Shown here: positions 1-10,912 of the stretch, one piece after another
Layout of the letters: every line of letters begins with the position of its first letter
Position numbering within the stretch: the stretch's first letter is position 1
Assembly (NCBI GenBank): GCA_964430885.1
Contig: CAYSHM010000002.1
Location: forward strand, 176,111-240,110
DNA length: 64,000 bases
Origin: an uncultured archaeon
GTDB lineage: Archaea > Thermoplasmatota > Penumbrarchaeia > JASLWR01
Reading direction: 5' to 3'
The notes under the pieces: generated by a model
Seen by the model: only the letters and a program-made list of their open reading frames with translations
Database searches by the model: none
What the model was told of the DNA's origin: nothing
Position numbers and translations under genes: made by a program

Positions 1-3000
1 AGCACTATGTTTTCCTTTACGTTGGATAGACTTAGTTCCTGGTTGAAAACGATATTGATAGAGGTATCTACCTTTATTGAAGAATCATATTTATCAGGAT
101 AATGCTCAAGAACCTTCAGTTCTCCCAGTAGTTTTTCGGTCTTGAAGGACCAGGTAATATTGCTACCTATATCATTCCCCCATTTGTCCTCCATTGTTCC
201 GAGGATAGTAATATGGTACTGCTCCTCATAATCGAGGTCATTGCCAGGATCGAAGGATATGGTGCTGCCCTTAACTTCAAGAATGCCATCTATCAGATCG
301 CCATCCTGACCCTTTAGGAGTAATCCGTCATCGCCCACATTGCTTATCTCCTCGCTGAAAACCGCTTCAATATCGGTGTTAACAGGAACATTATTGGATT
401 CAGGCAATGGTTCTGCTAAGTTCATTATTATGTAAGGCGGAGTGACATCCATGGGCCCCAATATTCCAAAGGTTCCTTCCCGAGTCACATTGGCCTTAAT
501 TATATTATTAACGGTATCAACAGATGAGAATGCGTCGGCCCTAACCCAAGTATCTGATTCATAAGTATATAGGTCCAGCCCCTCTTCTGTAAATATCTTA
601 GATATGTCAAAACTATAATAATTAACACCTATTTCAATATAATCCCAATCTTCCATCTCGATACCCTGAACATCCAAGGTGAAGTAAAGACCTACTTCCC
701 AGGTACCTTCGGGATTGCTTATCACCCCTGGATCGTTGATCAGGTTCAGATTGAGGACCGGCGGATTTCCTCTATTAACAAAATGAAGGGTGGCGGATAC
801 AGCACCGGAGGTCACTGTGATTGTGTCAAAGAATGGAACAGGGACAACTTCCAAAAGCATGGTGTCCCAGCCTGAATTTCCCTGCCGGTCCTTAACGGTC
901 AATTTTACAATATAGTCTCCGGGAATATCAAATTGATATGAAGGATGAGGCCCATATAGTCTGACGAGATTCTGAGAGTAATTGAAGGACCATGTATAAT
1001 TCGTAATTTCCTGGTTGTCAACAGACCAAGTGCCATCGAATTCATAGTTGGATCCCTGGTAGATCCAATCATTACCTCCTGCGTCTACATTGGGTTCAGT
1101 AATATCGTTAACGACAACGGTCCATTCCTTAGTTTCATTGGTGAAGATCACAGTACTGTTCAAACCGGTGGAGAATCCCATCTTGGATGATATGATATCA
1201 TAGTAATATTGGATATTGTTATCAGAATGTAGGGTTTGCCTAACTACCCGAACAGGATCAGTTTCACCGCTGTGGTCCGTGCTGTATCTATGGCTGGAAT
1301 GGAGGGCCGGAGGAATGAGATCCCGATATCCTTTCAGGTCTATCCTTGTATATGGTATTCTGTATCCCATATCGTCCTTTGAGATGAAGGTGACGTAATA
1401 TTTATCCCAAATAATGCTATCATCTCCCTGAGGGATCTGATATTTATAGGGTATTGTGTTAACAAGAGTAGCATTGGAGTTATTGGTAAGTGAGATATCA
1501 TATCCTACTGAACTCTTTATGATAACATCCTCGAATAGAGAAGCGGATGAATCCATTTCAACACCTGCATGGTTTTCAGTAATAATAAAATCACTTACGT
1601 GAGCCCATGCACCCTTTTCCAGGGTCAAACCGCATATGGAAGTGTTTGTGATCCGTCCGCCCAAAATGGTGATGTGTGCATTATTCACAACAATGCCTTT
1701 GCCTGGAATATCATAAAGTCTAATGTTCTCTGATTCCAGAGATGTCGATTGGGTCGAATTGAAAACAGTTATTCCGTTCCCTGTGATTCCGTACATTGTG
1801 ATGTCCTGAATATTGATGTTCGAATTGGCAACGATAAGGCCGTTCTCGCAGTTCTTGAATCTGGACGATGACAGAACAGTATCGGGATTTATGCTGGAAT
1901 TAAATATCAATCCGCAGTAGTTATCTGTGAACTCGCAATTGCTAATAAGTACATTATCGCTGGCAACGAATAATCCCATTTGATCCAAGAAATCCATAGG
2001 CGAAGAAGCCCTTCGGTTGTTATCCGCTTGAAAACCGCAGTGTGATATTTTCATATGGTTCATCTGGAGGATTCCTCCGCTCTCCACAATGAGATTGTAC
2101 TGGTGGTTTCCATCTGTTACAGTGGATGTTATGTTGTTCTTCTCAGGATTATTGCCAGCCAATATCATTTGTCCACCGTTCTCGATTACAATTCTCCTTT
2201 TACCGTTCTCAGGGACTTGAAGATTGAGGTCGGTGCCCGAAAGGCTGAGGACTCCTCCCTCGGCAATTGTGATATTACCGTTGATAATCAAATCCTTGTT
2301 GATGATAGGGACATAATCAGTTACAGTCCAATCAGTCAAAATATCCTCTACACCCATTTCAAATTCTTTACTCATAGAGGAATTAACATAGAACTCATGC
2401 AGATCATACAGCTCACCATATGCTATACCTAATGTATGGGGAGTAATATACAGGATCTCAGAGGAATTTCCTTCTAATATTGTCTGGATGCACTGGATAT
2501 TGTTTATTTTTCCAGAGGAGCCCAGAGTTGTATTGATAATCTCATTTTCATTTACATCTTTGAGCACGACTTCCGCGCCTATAAGGGGCAGTCCGAAAGC
2601 ATTTTCTGCCGAAAGATGAAGGAACCATTTCGTTGTTACCACAGAAGTGCCTGTGGCATCTGGGGCTGATAGACAGGTTGTGTTTATCAGATACATGTCG
2701 CCTGTACTGCACTGGAGAATGTCGATAGATGAGTTCAGAAATTTCGACATATTTTCCAATGAGTTTTCGGATATGGTCAGGTTCAGACTTCCATGGGTAA
2801 GGATGTCCGATCCTGAGCAGTTTTCCACCGTATTGTTGGAGAAATGGATATTGGATGAATCCAGGTCAAATAAGGCTTTTTCCGATGAATTGAACGAGTT
2901 CATTCCGATGTAGGCATCGGAGTTTTCCCAGCTCAAAATAGATGTAGTATTTATTGAGAGTATTTCATTATTCAATATCTCGGTACGCTTGGAATTATTT

Positions 3001-4133
3001 AAGGAGATTCCAACTTGACATTCCTGAATAGTGTTGGAATCTATCGTGTTCCTCAATGAGAGCTGAGTAATATTGAACCCGGTGTAACAATTCATTATTT
3101 CATTGTTCTTGAAAGTATTATCCAGCGAGATTTCTATGGCAATTCCGAATTTTCCCTTTCCTATGATGGTATTATTATGAATTGTTGAATTTTTCAGAAG
3201 TACATTATCCACGGCAGTGTCGTTCATATCTTCGGTATCATAAGTACCTTGAAAGGAGTTATGTGAAATTTCAATCTCCCGGGCCCACCATGTAAGAATG
3301 TCTGTGGTTTCACCGATGAATGCATTTCCTGAAACCTGGCAATTGGTAACATTCAGCAATGCCAAGCCATTGGTGCACATGAAGGTACTGTTCATCACAG
3401 AGGCACCTGATGTATCGAGGATGATCAAACCCGTATGGCAATTCTCGAACAATGTACCGCTCACAGCAGTTTTATTGGATCGAACCAGCATACCTGCATT
3501 GAAAATGGGGAGAACTGCACTCTGAAAACCGCAGTTCTTAACCACAGAATTATGGATGTCCACCTGTTTGCTCCAGTTGAAGAATGCCTTGAACTGATTA
3601 CTTGTTCCGCTGATTAATTCCGAGGCGTCATCTTCACTTTGAAAATCACTATCCCAATCTGTAATGTTGATCACAGAGTTGGATTTCCCATAGAATATGT
3701 ACTGGCCGTCGAATGAAGTAAATATGACAATTGAAGAGTTGATGGAAGTGAACGAGGCATTTTCACCTAAAATGATATCGCCCCATATATTCAGGGTCGA
3801 ATTGATCAGAAAAACCGATGAATTCGGTTTGACATCCAGCCAGCCGGTTATATTGATTGTTGAATTGGTGAGTTTCAGAGAGGAGGCAGTATTTAGAGTG
3901 ATATTTCCAGATGCCATTATTTTTGAAGAATCGTAATCCAGATCATCACCGCTAGATATGTTCCAGTGGTCAGTGGAATTATTATAGATGGTCAGTCCAT
4001 CTGCGGTCTGTTCACCTGAATCCTGGGGTCCGCCAGTATCTCCAAGGACAAATTGATCACTTGCAGTAAAAATACTGAAAACCATAAGCAAAGCTACAAT
4101 AGCACTAAACGATCTCTTAACCCAATTTACCAT
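1..4133 (-). CDS. Very large secreted/surface protein, 3' end beyond window: signal peptide, two beta-helix modules, PKD and SbsA-type Ig-like domains
   Basis: Not in the ORF track because there is no stop in the window. Manual translation: ATG at 4133 after a GGTGAG Shine-Dalgarno (SD) gives MVNWVKRSFSAIVALLMVFSIF. Spot checks at ~3500, 2400, 2100, 1030 and 1-60 are open in the same frame (e.g. YEFDGTWSVDNQEITNYTWSF, PKD-like; INIVFNQELSLSNVKENIV, Ig-like). Not every codon was checked. Confidence 0.85.
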   Translation of the reverse strand, partial: MVNWVKRSFSAIVALLMVFSIFTASDQFVLGDTGGPQDSGEQTADGLTIYNNSTDHWNISSGDDLDYDSSKIMASGNITLNTASSLKLTNSTINITGWLDVKPNSSVFLINSTLNIWGDIILGENASFTSINSSIVIFTSFDGQYIFYGKSNSVINITDWDSDFQSEDDASELISGTSNQFKAFFNWSKQVDIHNSVVKNCGFQSAVLPIFNAGMLVRSNKTAVSGTLFENCHTGLIILDTSGASVMNSTFMCTNGLALLNVTNCQVSGNAFIGETTDILTWWAREIEISHNSFQGTYDTEDMNDTAVDNVLLKNSTIHNNTIIGKGKFGIAIEISLDNTFKNNEIMNCYTGFNITQLSLRNTIDSNTIQECQVGISLNNSKRTEILNNEILSINTTSILSWENSDAYIGMNSFNSSEKALFDLDSSNIHFSNNTVENCSGSDILTHGSLNLTISENSLENMSKFLNSSIDILQCSTGDMYLINTTCLSAPDATGTSVVTTKWFLHLSAENAFGLPLIGAEVVLKDVNENEIINTTLGSSGKINNIQCIQTILEGNSSEILYITPHTLGIAYGELYDLHEFYVNSSMSKEFEMGVEDILTDWTVTDYVPIINKDLIINGNITIAEGGVLSLSGTDLNLQVPENGKRRIVIENGGQMILAGNNPEKNNITSTVTDGNHQYNLIVESGGILQMNHMKISHCGFQADNNRRASSPMDFLDQMGLFVASDNVLISNCEFTDNYCGLIFNSSINPDTVLSSSRFKNCENGLIVANSNINIQDITMYGITGNGITVFNSTQSTSLESENIRLYDIPGKGIVVNNAHITILGGRITNTSICGLTLEKGAWAHVSDFIITENHAGVEMDSSASLFEDVIIKSSVGYDISLTNNSNATLVNTIPYKYQIPQGDDSIIWDKYYVTFISKDDMGYRIPYTRIDLKGYRDLIPPALHSSHRYSTDHSGETDPVRVVRQTLHSDNNIQYYYDIISSKMGFSTGLNSTVIFTNETKEWTVVVNDITEPNVDAGGNDWIYQGSNYEFDGTWSVDNQEITNYTWSFNYSQNLVRLYGPHPSYQFDIPGDYIVKLTVKDRQGNSGWDTMLLEVVPVPFFDTITVTSGAVSATLHFVNRGNPPVLNLNLINDPGVISNPEGTWEVGLYFTLDVQGIEMEDWDYIEIGVNYYSFDISKIFTEEGLDLYTYESDTWVRADAFSSVDTVNNIIKANVTREGTFGILGPMDVTPPYIIMNLAEPLPESNNVPVNTDIEAVFSEEISNVGDDGLLLKGQDGDLIDGILEVKGSTISFDPGNDLDYEEQYHITILGTMEDKWGNDIGSNITWSFKTEKLLGELKVLEHYPDKYDSSIKVDTSINIVFNQELSLSNVKENIV

Positions 4134-4408
4134 ATGTCTCACCACATCCACATTATTCATATTTCATGTGAATTTTTATATTCCTGCACTACGAAAAACT
4201 TAGTATATTTATTTTGTTCATTTAGATTGATTTACTATGAAAATATCGCTGATATTTGGGATTTCAGCGGTTGGTGTTTTAAAACTATAAATAATTATTG
4301 CAAGTGGGAACGTAGGTTATATAAGTGAAGTTAACCATTTTACAGTAATATTATTTAGAATTCCCTAACAAATGAAAGGCTTATTGGAATATACATGTTC
4401 AGGATTGC

Positions 4409-6496
4409 ATGTCCAATGGCTGCACAGGAGGCATTGTGATGGACAGGATCAATAAAAAGAGTATATTTTCATTGATGTTGATATTCATTATGATATTCAC
4501 ATTTGGTTGGACATTGAAACCTATGAGTGATAAGGAAGTTGGATACAGTGATAGATTTGATGATCAGGCAGCAGGAAGCTTCTTAAGTTCCCTTAGGGCT
4601 GATGATAATACAATGAACAATGCCACCCTTTTGGCCCCGAATTCATCAACCTTAGATGATCTGGACAACATTACTGATTTTGTGGATTGGTATAAGATAT
4701 CAGTAATGGGCGGCGACCTTTTAAAGATAAATTTATCAGTCCCGGAAACTGGGGACTTTGATCTGGCATTGTTCAATGAGAGTGCAAATTATACTGGAGC
4801 AAGTTCTAATCTGGGTGCCGGATTGTCAGAGGAGATAGTTATTGTCAGCCCAGTTGAGCAAATATATTTTATTCAGGTACTGGCTTTTCAGGGAAACGGA
4901 GAATATGAGCTCAATGTAACATTGGACCCCAATTATCAGTCTGATGGGAACGACTATACCTATACGGCAGTGGAAATATGGCCTCCTTATTCAATTAACG
5001 GAGCACTCGTAAAGGGAACCGACGATCATGATTATTATAAAATAAATCTTGATCACGGGGATATCATTGATGTGGAGCTTACTTATCCTGATACCCAAAA
5101 TTTCGATCTATTCCTGCTGGATGACCAATCCGATATAATCAACACATCTGAGAATTTCACAGGTTTTGAAAAAATCATTTATACCATTGCCGACCAAGAT
5201 CATTATTATATTCTTGTCAGTTCAATTTGGGGATCAGGAAGTTATAGTTTGAATGTGGCTGTAAACCGATCAAACTCCCAGCCGGATATAACCGATATTT
5301 GGCCGGATGATATGACTCCCAATGTTACCGAGGGAACAAATATTTCTTTCGGGGTTGATGTGTCAGATCCAGATGCCGATGTTATCAGCTATGAGTGGTC
5401 TATCCAGGGCGTATTTGTCGACGTGGCCTCCGGTGAATTGACAATATATACCCAATACAATGGCGATTTTTCTCAAGGGATTTATGAAATTGCCTTGAAC
5501 ATAACTGATGGATATTACTATCAGGTGATTGAATGGCTCTTAACGGTTGAGGATCTTAACCCCGAACCAGTAATAATCAGTAAGGATCCAGAAACCCAAT
5601 CTATTGCCGTTTCTGAAGGTTTGGCGGCAACATTTACAATAGATATTTCAGACCCTGATGGAAGCACGCCCCTTATCCAGTGGTTATATGACGATGTCAC
5701 TATAGATAATGAGAGCGGTAGAACCTTTGTCTTCCACCCTGATTATTCCAGTTCTGGTAATCACACAATTAAAGTCAAGGTAATAGACAGTGGCGATAAT
5801 CAGCAGTTTGTGAGCTTCACCTGGAATATCAATGTGAAGAATACTGATCGGCCTCCCATGATAATTGATGCAGGGCCACTCTCTAGTGCACAAAAAACTG
5901 ATGAAGAAACACCCATTTCATTTTATATAAACGCAACAGACCTTGACGGCGATGCCATCACATATAAATGGTTTATCGGCTCCTCGCACCAGGCGGGGAT
6001 AACTGCCTCGGTTTTAAATTTCGTGCCGGATTACAGCAGTGGGTCCCAGGGGCCCTATGTCATCCTAGTTCAGATCATTTCCGGCTCTTCTCTGAGAGAA
6101 TACAACTGGACTCTTACCGTGATTGATGTGAATAGAGCACCTTCATTGAATACTACGGGATTTCTCCCAGAAGACCAAGGGGAATTTGTCCAGGGTGAAA
6201 AGGTTGAAATGTCAGCTTCTGCAGAGGATCCTGACGGTGATTCAGTTACCTACCGCTGGGAGATATTGGAGACCGGGGAACTATTATCGGAAAGTCAGAC
6301 CTTTAACCATCAATTCGAAAAACCAGGAGACTACACCGTAAGTTTGACAGTTTATGATGGCAAAGGAGGAAATGTTACCAAGGAGGTCTCAATAAAGATA
6401 ACGAAAAAGGAAGATTCTCCGGGATTTCTTTTCAGTTATTTGATGAGCGCAATTCTTCTGATATTAGTTATAATGCATATTTACAGAAAAAAATAA
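4409..6496 (+). CDS. Surface protein: two PPC-like (pre-peptidase C-terminal) domains, Ig/PKD repeats, PGF-CTERM-like anchor
   Basis: Signal peptide; DWYKI/DYYKI...DFDL/NFDL repeats; DPDGD Ig repeats; C-terminus SPGF + hydrophobic stretch + RKK. True start probably ATG 4439 (after GGAGG). Confidence 0.8.
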   Translation: MSNGCTGGIVMDRINKKSIFSLMLIFIMIFTFGWTLKPMSDKEVGYSDRFDDQAAGSFLSSLRADDNTMNNATLLAPNSSTLDDLDNITDFVDWYKISVMGGDLLKINLSVPETGDFDLALFNESANYTGASSNLGAGLSEEIVIVSPVEQIYFIQVLAFQGNGEYELNVTLDPNYQSDGNDYTYTAVEIWPPYSINGALVKGTDDHDYYKINLDHGDIIDVELTYPDTQNFDLFLLDDQSDIINTSENFTGFEKIIYTIADQDHYYILVSSIWGSGSYSLNVAVNRSNSQPDITDIWPDDMTPNVTEGTNISFGVDVSDPDADVISYEWSIQGVFVDVASGELTIYTQYNGDFSQGIYEIALNITDGYYYQVIEWLLTVEDLNPEPVIISKDPETQSIAVSEGLAATFTIDISDPDGSTPLIQWLYDDVTIDNESGRTFVFHPDYSSSGNHTIKVKVIDSGDNQQFVSFTWNINVKNTDRPPMIIDAGPLSSAQKTDEETPISFYINATDLDGDAITYKWFIGSSHQAGITASVLNFVPDYSSGSQGPYVILVQIISGSSLREYNWTLTVIDVNRAPSLNTTGFLPEDQGEFVQGEKVEMSASAEDPDGDSVTYRWEILETGELLSESQTFNHQFEKPGDYTVSLTVYDGKGGNVTKEVSIKITKKEDSPGFLFSYLMSAILLILVIMHIYRKK

Positions 6497-6652
6497 GCCG
6501 TCTATATCCAGCACTTCAGGTTTAACAAATCATATTCATGATAAAAAATCTTTAGGTTATTGAAAAGTGGATAATATTGGATGCTGAATAAGTATTAAAC
6601 GGCTAGGGAAATTCATCTAAGACTCCTGAAATCAAAATGCGGGGACTCTAAT

Positions 6653-7102
6653 ATGCCAGGAAAAAAGAAGAGATTCGGTGTGATAGCAGGTAGCGGGCGG
6701 TTGGGGGCCTTCATGGGGAACAAATTAAGTTCCTACGGTTACGGCATCACAATAGTTGATAAGGACCCAGAAGCTTTTAAGAATCTATCTATGGAATTCA
6801 GCGGCTTTCATATTCTCGGAAATATTGTTGAGTTCAGGATACTGAAAAAATCCAATATAAAAAAAGCTAGTTTCTTTATAGCTACCACTGGAGATGATAA
6901 TACCAATATCATGGTAGCTCAGATAGCTAAAGATATGTTCAAAGTACCTCTGGTCGTTGCCCGTGTTGATGATCCCAAGAAGAAGGAGATCTATTCGGAG
7001 ATGGGAATCAAGACAGTAAGTCCAACACAGATATCGGCGGATGTTTTCCTTGAGAAACTGGACCTAAAGAAGGACCGTTCATTATTGAAAGGGTGGTTAT
7101 GA
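6653..7102 (+). CDS. trkA: TrkA-family potassium uptake protein (single RCK-N domain)
   Basis: GSGRLG Rossmann motif, ATTGDDNTN, VVARV..P; adjacent to trkH. Confidence 0.88.
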   Translation: MPGKKKRFGVIAGSGRLGAFMGNKLSSYGYGITIVDKDPEAFKNLSMEFSGFHILGNIVEFRILKKSNIKKASFFIATTGDDNTNIMVAQIAKDMFKVPLVVARVDDPKKKEIYSEMGIKTVSPTQISADVFLEKLDLKKDRSLLKGWL

Positions 7103-7166
7103 TGAGTTATTCAAGTGAATTCAAAACTAATTGCCAGGATAATGCCAGGATTTCGGAGGTATTCCC

Positions 7167-7829
7167 ATGAAGGTTTTGATAGTGGGAGGCGGGAAACTAG
7201 TGTATTATTTGTCCCGAACCTTGGTCAACAAGGGTAACAGGGTAACAGTTATAAACAGTAGCCGTGAGGACAGCGATAAACTGGCCCAAATGAGCAAGGT
7301 TGATGTGATATTTGGAGACGGCAGTGAACCAGAGGTTCTTGAGGATGCGGGGGCTTTCTATTGCGATGCTCTCCTGGCCCTGACCCCCTATGACCAGGTT
7401 AATTTCAATGTGTGTCAGATATCCAATGCATATTTCCAGATACCCCGTGTGGTTGCTTTGGTAAATGATCCTGATAACGAGATTGTATTCCGAAAACTCG
7501 GAGTTGCAGAGGCCATATCAACAACTCATATACTCACCGGATTAATAGAGCAGACAACAATATTCGAGGATATCATAACCCATGCTCCGGCAGGAACAGG
7601 TAAGGTAAGTATATCCGAAGTACCCATAAAGAAAACTGCTAAAGTGATAAATCAGAAGGTCAAGGACCTTTCCCTGCCGAAGGATTGTCTTATAGCGGGT
7701 TTATTAAGGAAGGGTAAACCGATCATACCTCGAGGCGACACAAGAATTAAGCGGGCTGACCGGGTAATTGTAGTTTCCCTAACATCCAATCATGACAAGG
7801 CATTGGGAATTCTTAGTGAAGAATTTTGA
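7167..7829 (+). CDS. trkA: TrkA-family potassium uptake protein (RCK-N + RCK-C)
   Basis: MKVLIVGGGKLV, GDGSEPEVLEDAG, C-terminal IIPRGDTRI RCK-C motif. Confidence 0.92.
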   Translation: MKVLIVGGGKLVYYLSRTLVNKGNRVTVINSSREDSDKLAQMSKVDVIFGDGSEPEVLEDAGAFYCDALLALTPYDQVNFNVCQISNAYFQIPRVVALVNDPDNEIVFRKLGVAEAISTTHILTGLIEQTTIFEDIITHAPAGTGKVSISEVPIKKTAKVINQKVKDLSLPKDCLIAGLLRKGKPIIPRGDTRIKRADRVIVVSLTSNHDKALGILSEEF

Positions 7830-7847
7830 TTATTGTGACCCTAATCG

Positions 7848-9356
7848 TTGAAGAAGGTAGTTATCATGAGAGGCCGGGAACGATTGAAAGCAAAATATTT
7901 TTCCATCCTGTCCTTTACCGGTTTCAACATGATCCTCGTGAGTACGCTAATGCTCATCCCCCTTTTGGCTCTCTTCGGATGGAGGTCCGAATGGGAGAAC
8001 AGCATGGGTTTCTTTATTCCAGCCCTTTCATGCGCTGGAATGGGTATGATATTGTGGCGGGTATTTGAATCCAAAGAACGTTCGACCCTTACCGTTGCTG
8101 ATGGAGGAATTATAGTTTTCCTAACCTGGGTTCTGGCCTGCGTTTTTTCGGCTTTTCCTTTTATATTAATAGAGGGTATGACCTTTACCCAGGCCATTTT
8201 CGAATCCGTGAGCGGCTGGACCACTACCGGACTGACAATGGTCACCGAAGAGGAAACATCCAACATGGTGCTTCTTTGGAGGAGCACCATCCAACTAGCA
8301 GGAGGCGCAGGTTTTGCTATAATGATGCTGGCGGCAATAACTGGACCTGTGGGGGTCGGTTTCACCCAGGCGGAAGGCAGAGATGAACGATTGGCCCCGC
8401 ATGTTAAGGAGAGCGCTAAGTTGGTAATAAAGCTCTACATCACCTATGTGATCATCGGAATATTGGGGTATATTTTTGTGGGCCTTACCCTGTTTGACTC
8501 TGTAAATCACACATTTACAGCGGTGGCAACGGGAGGATTCTCAACAAAGAATGCCAGCATCGGTCATTGGAATTCGTGGAGAGTGGAAATGGTCACTCTA
8601 GGACTGATGTTCTTGGGTAATTTGAACTTCCTAACTAGCTACTGGTTATTCACTGGTAAATGGCGGTCTTTCTTCAGGAACGGTGAGATAAGGGTACTAA
8701 TCATGCTTACCCTTATTGGAACTGGCATCATGTTCTATTGGCTTACCTGGAATCCCGCAACTCCCATGTATGACTCCTGGACTAAAACCTTGAGAGTGGC
8801 ATTATTTGAACCTTTTTCAGCGGTCTCCGGAACTGGTTTCTCAACAGTTGATTACGGGGAATGGTCCATTATGAACTCTCATTTAGGCTGGTTTGTGATG
8901 ATAATTTGGATGATTGTGGGAGGCGGGATATGCTCCACAGCTGGTGCACTGAAGCAGTATAGGGTTCATCTTTTTCTTAAATCCATTTGGTGGCAGATTA
9001 AAAGACCTTTCAGATCTGGCTCAGCTGTTGTCAAGAACTACATTTGGAAAGGTGATCATAAAAAGTACATTTCCGATGATCATCTGAAGAATGTAGCCAA
9101 TTATGTATTTCTATATTTCATGGTATTTCTTATCGGCTCCATGATAATCAGTATATACGGCCATTCAATAAAGGACTCTATGTTCGAGTTCGCTTCAGCC
9201 TTGGGAACTGTGGGTCTGTCAGTTGGCATTACCGGTCCCGATGCACCTATACCTCTATTATGGACTGAGATATTGGGTATGTTCCTGGGACGATTGGAAT
9301 TCTTTGTTGTCTTTGTGAGCATAGTGAAGATCTTCAAGGATATCTTCAAGTTTTGA
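7848..9356 (+). CDS. trkH: TrkH potassium uptake permease
   Basis: Four pore-loop motifs (SGWTTTG, ATGGFS, SGTGFS, GTVGLS) and GRLEF. Start may be ATG 7866. Confidence 0.95.
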   Translation: MKKVVIMRGRERLKAKYFSILSFTGFNMILVSTLMLIPLLALFGWRSEWENSMGFFIPALSCAGMGMILWRVFESKERSTLTVADGGIIVFLTWVLACVFSAFPFILIEGMTFTQAIFESVSGWTTTGLTMVTEEETSNMVLLWRSTIQLAGGAGFAIMMLAAITGPVGVGFTQAEGRDERLAPHVKESAKLVIKLYITYVIIGILGYIFVGLTLFDSVNHTFTAVATGGFSTKNASIGHWNSWRVEMVTLGLMFLGNLNFLTSYWLFTGKWRSFFRNGEIRVLIMLTLIGTGIMFYWLTWNPATPMYDSWTKTLRVALFEPFSAVSGTGFSTVDYGEWSIMNSHLGWFVMIIWMIVGGGICSTAGALKQYRVHLFLKSIWWQIKRPFRSGSAVVKNYIWKGDHKKYISDDHLKNVANYVFLYFMVFLIGSMIISIYGHSIKDSMFEFASALGTVGLSVGITGPDAPIPLLWTEILGMFLGRLEFFVVFVSIVKIFKDIFKF

Positions 9357-10437
9357 TTCTTTTCATTGAATCTCTATAAAAGTTCTTTGTCCTTTGCATC
9401 AATTCATCATCGGCTAAAGATGATTCAAAATCAAAATTTCCAAATAAGTCCACAACAAGCTGGTATTCTTTCAGTTTGTAGAATGCTTCAACAATATAGG
9501 CCAAGATTTCAGGGGCCTTTCCTCCAACCGTTCTATAAGATTCGAACAGACTACGCGCCTGTTGGTATTCTTTCAGTTTTACCGACGCACTGACAGCTAA
9601 TTCCAACAGCTCTTTGGAATAATCATAGGTTTTTAGATATCTCCTGCATACTTTAACGCAATGGGAATATTTTTCCATTTGATAAAATAATTTAGCTTCA
9701 ATAATTCCTGAAACTAATGAGCGTTTTTTAAGTCTCTTAAGATATTTTAAATACTTCAATGATCTCCCATAATCTTTCATCTCCCGGTGATTTTCAACTA
9801 AAAGGATCCATGTTTTGGGAAGATTTCTTCTATAGAGAAGGGAACGTTGAAGCAATTCGTTACAACCTTTGAGGTCCTTTGAAAACATCTTTCTGGCAGC
9901 GATGTTGTTGAGGGTTTCCGCTATCAATGTTTTTCTGATCCAGAATAATCCTGCACTTGATATAATAATAGATACCCCTGAAAATGTCTTCCAAAGATGA
10001 AAATTTTCTACTGTATCCATTACAATAAATATGAAGATCAAAATGCTGAACAATGCTATGTATTCGTACATCACTTTTATTATCTTCAACGGTCCTAAAT
10101 AGATCTTGTCAATGGTTTTATCAACCTGGCCCTTTGATTTAATCAGCAGTATAGGTGATATTACAATTCTTATAACTAAATATGCCAGAGGGAGCATAAA
10201 GGAGATAAGTATCCCCAAATAAAAATATGTGAATTTGTCATATTGATCCAGAAGGAATGAGTTTTTATCGCTTAAAACAATGAAGAGCGAGGAACTGAAC
10301 AGGAGAAGGGAAAAGAGGAACTGCCAACCTTCAGCATACGTGAGATTTCCCTTCCTTGCAATTCTGAAAATCAAAAAGGAGATGAACAATTCAACTAGAA
10401 GGAACCATGAATAATTATCGATATAGAAGCTCATCAC
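9346..10437 (-). CDS. Membrane protein (about 5 TM) with C-terminal TPR-like helical repeats
   Basis: Hydrophobic N-terminal half, helical-repeat C-terminal half; overlaps the trkH end convergently by 11 nt. Confidence 0.65.
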   Translation of the reverse strand: MMSFYIDNYSWFLLVELFISFLIFRIARKGNLTYAEGWQFLFSLLLFSSSLFIVLSDKNSFLLDQYDKFTYFYLGILISFMLPLAYLVIRIVISPILLIKSKGQVDKTIDKIYLGPLKIIKVMYEYIALFSILIFIFIVMDTVENFHLWKTFSGVSIIISSAGLFWIRKTLIAETLNNIAARKMFSKDLKGCNELLQRSLLYRRNLPKTWILLVENHREMKDYGRSLKYLKYLKRLKKRSLVSGIIEAKLFYQMEKYSHCVKVCRRYLKTYDYSKELLELAVSASVKLKEYQQARSLFESYRTVGGKAPEILAYIVEAFYKLKEYQLVVDLFGNFDFESSLADDELMQRTKNFYRDSMKRIKT

Positions 10438-10912
10438 CTTTTAAATGACTTTTTTTATTTTAAATCCTGCACTACTTTTGTATGGATGAGTATATTCAAT
10501 AGATCCCTTCAAAGTAAAATTATTTAAAGGGTTTTCATCTCGGCTAATTAGTTTTTATCGGTAAGTTTTTTCATATTGTTCAAAAATAATTGTAGAAGCA
10601 ATATTATGATGAAATTTAGGACCGTTCGATTTTTGGTCTTCAATTGACCTTTATACTTAAAGGTCATCCTTGGGTATAGTATACAATTTGCCAAAAGTCC
10701 CAGAAATGAGTACTTGTTCACATAATTTTTATATACCAAATGGGTAATTTGTTTATAGAATTCCTAAACTAAAAACCATTGATATCAGATGATAGTAGGG
10801 AACGAGTTCCAATATGGAAAGTCGATTAATTCTATCAATGTGTAAAAGAAAGTAATGATTGATAGCATTTGATTGACCCATATGGTAATAAAACAAAGAC
10901 AGGAGGCATTTC

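Noticed and set aside
1216-3936. Short plus-strand ORFs in the first 4 kb
   Set aside because: Antisense to the large minus-strand surface-protein gene.
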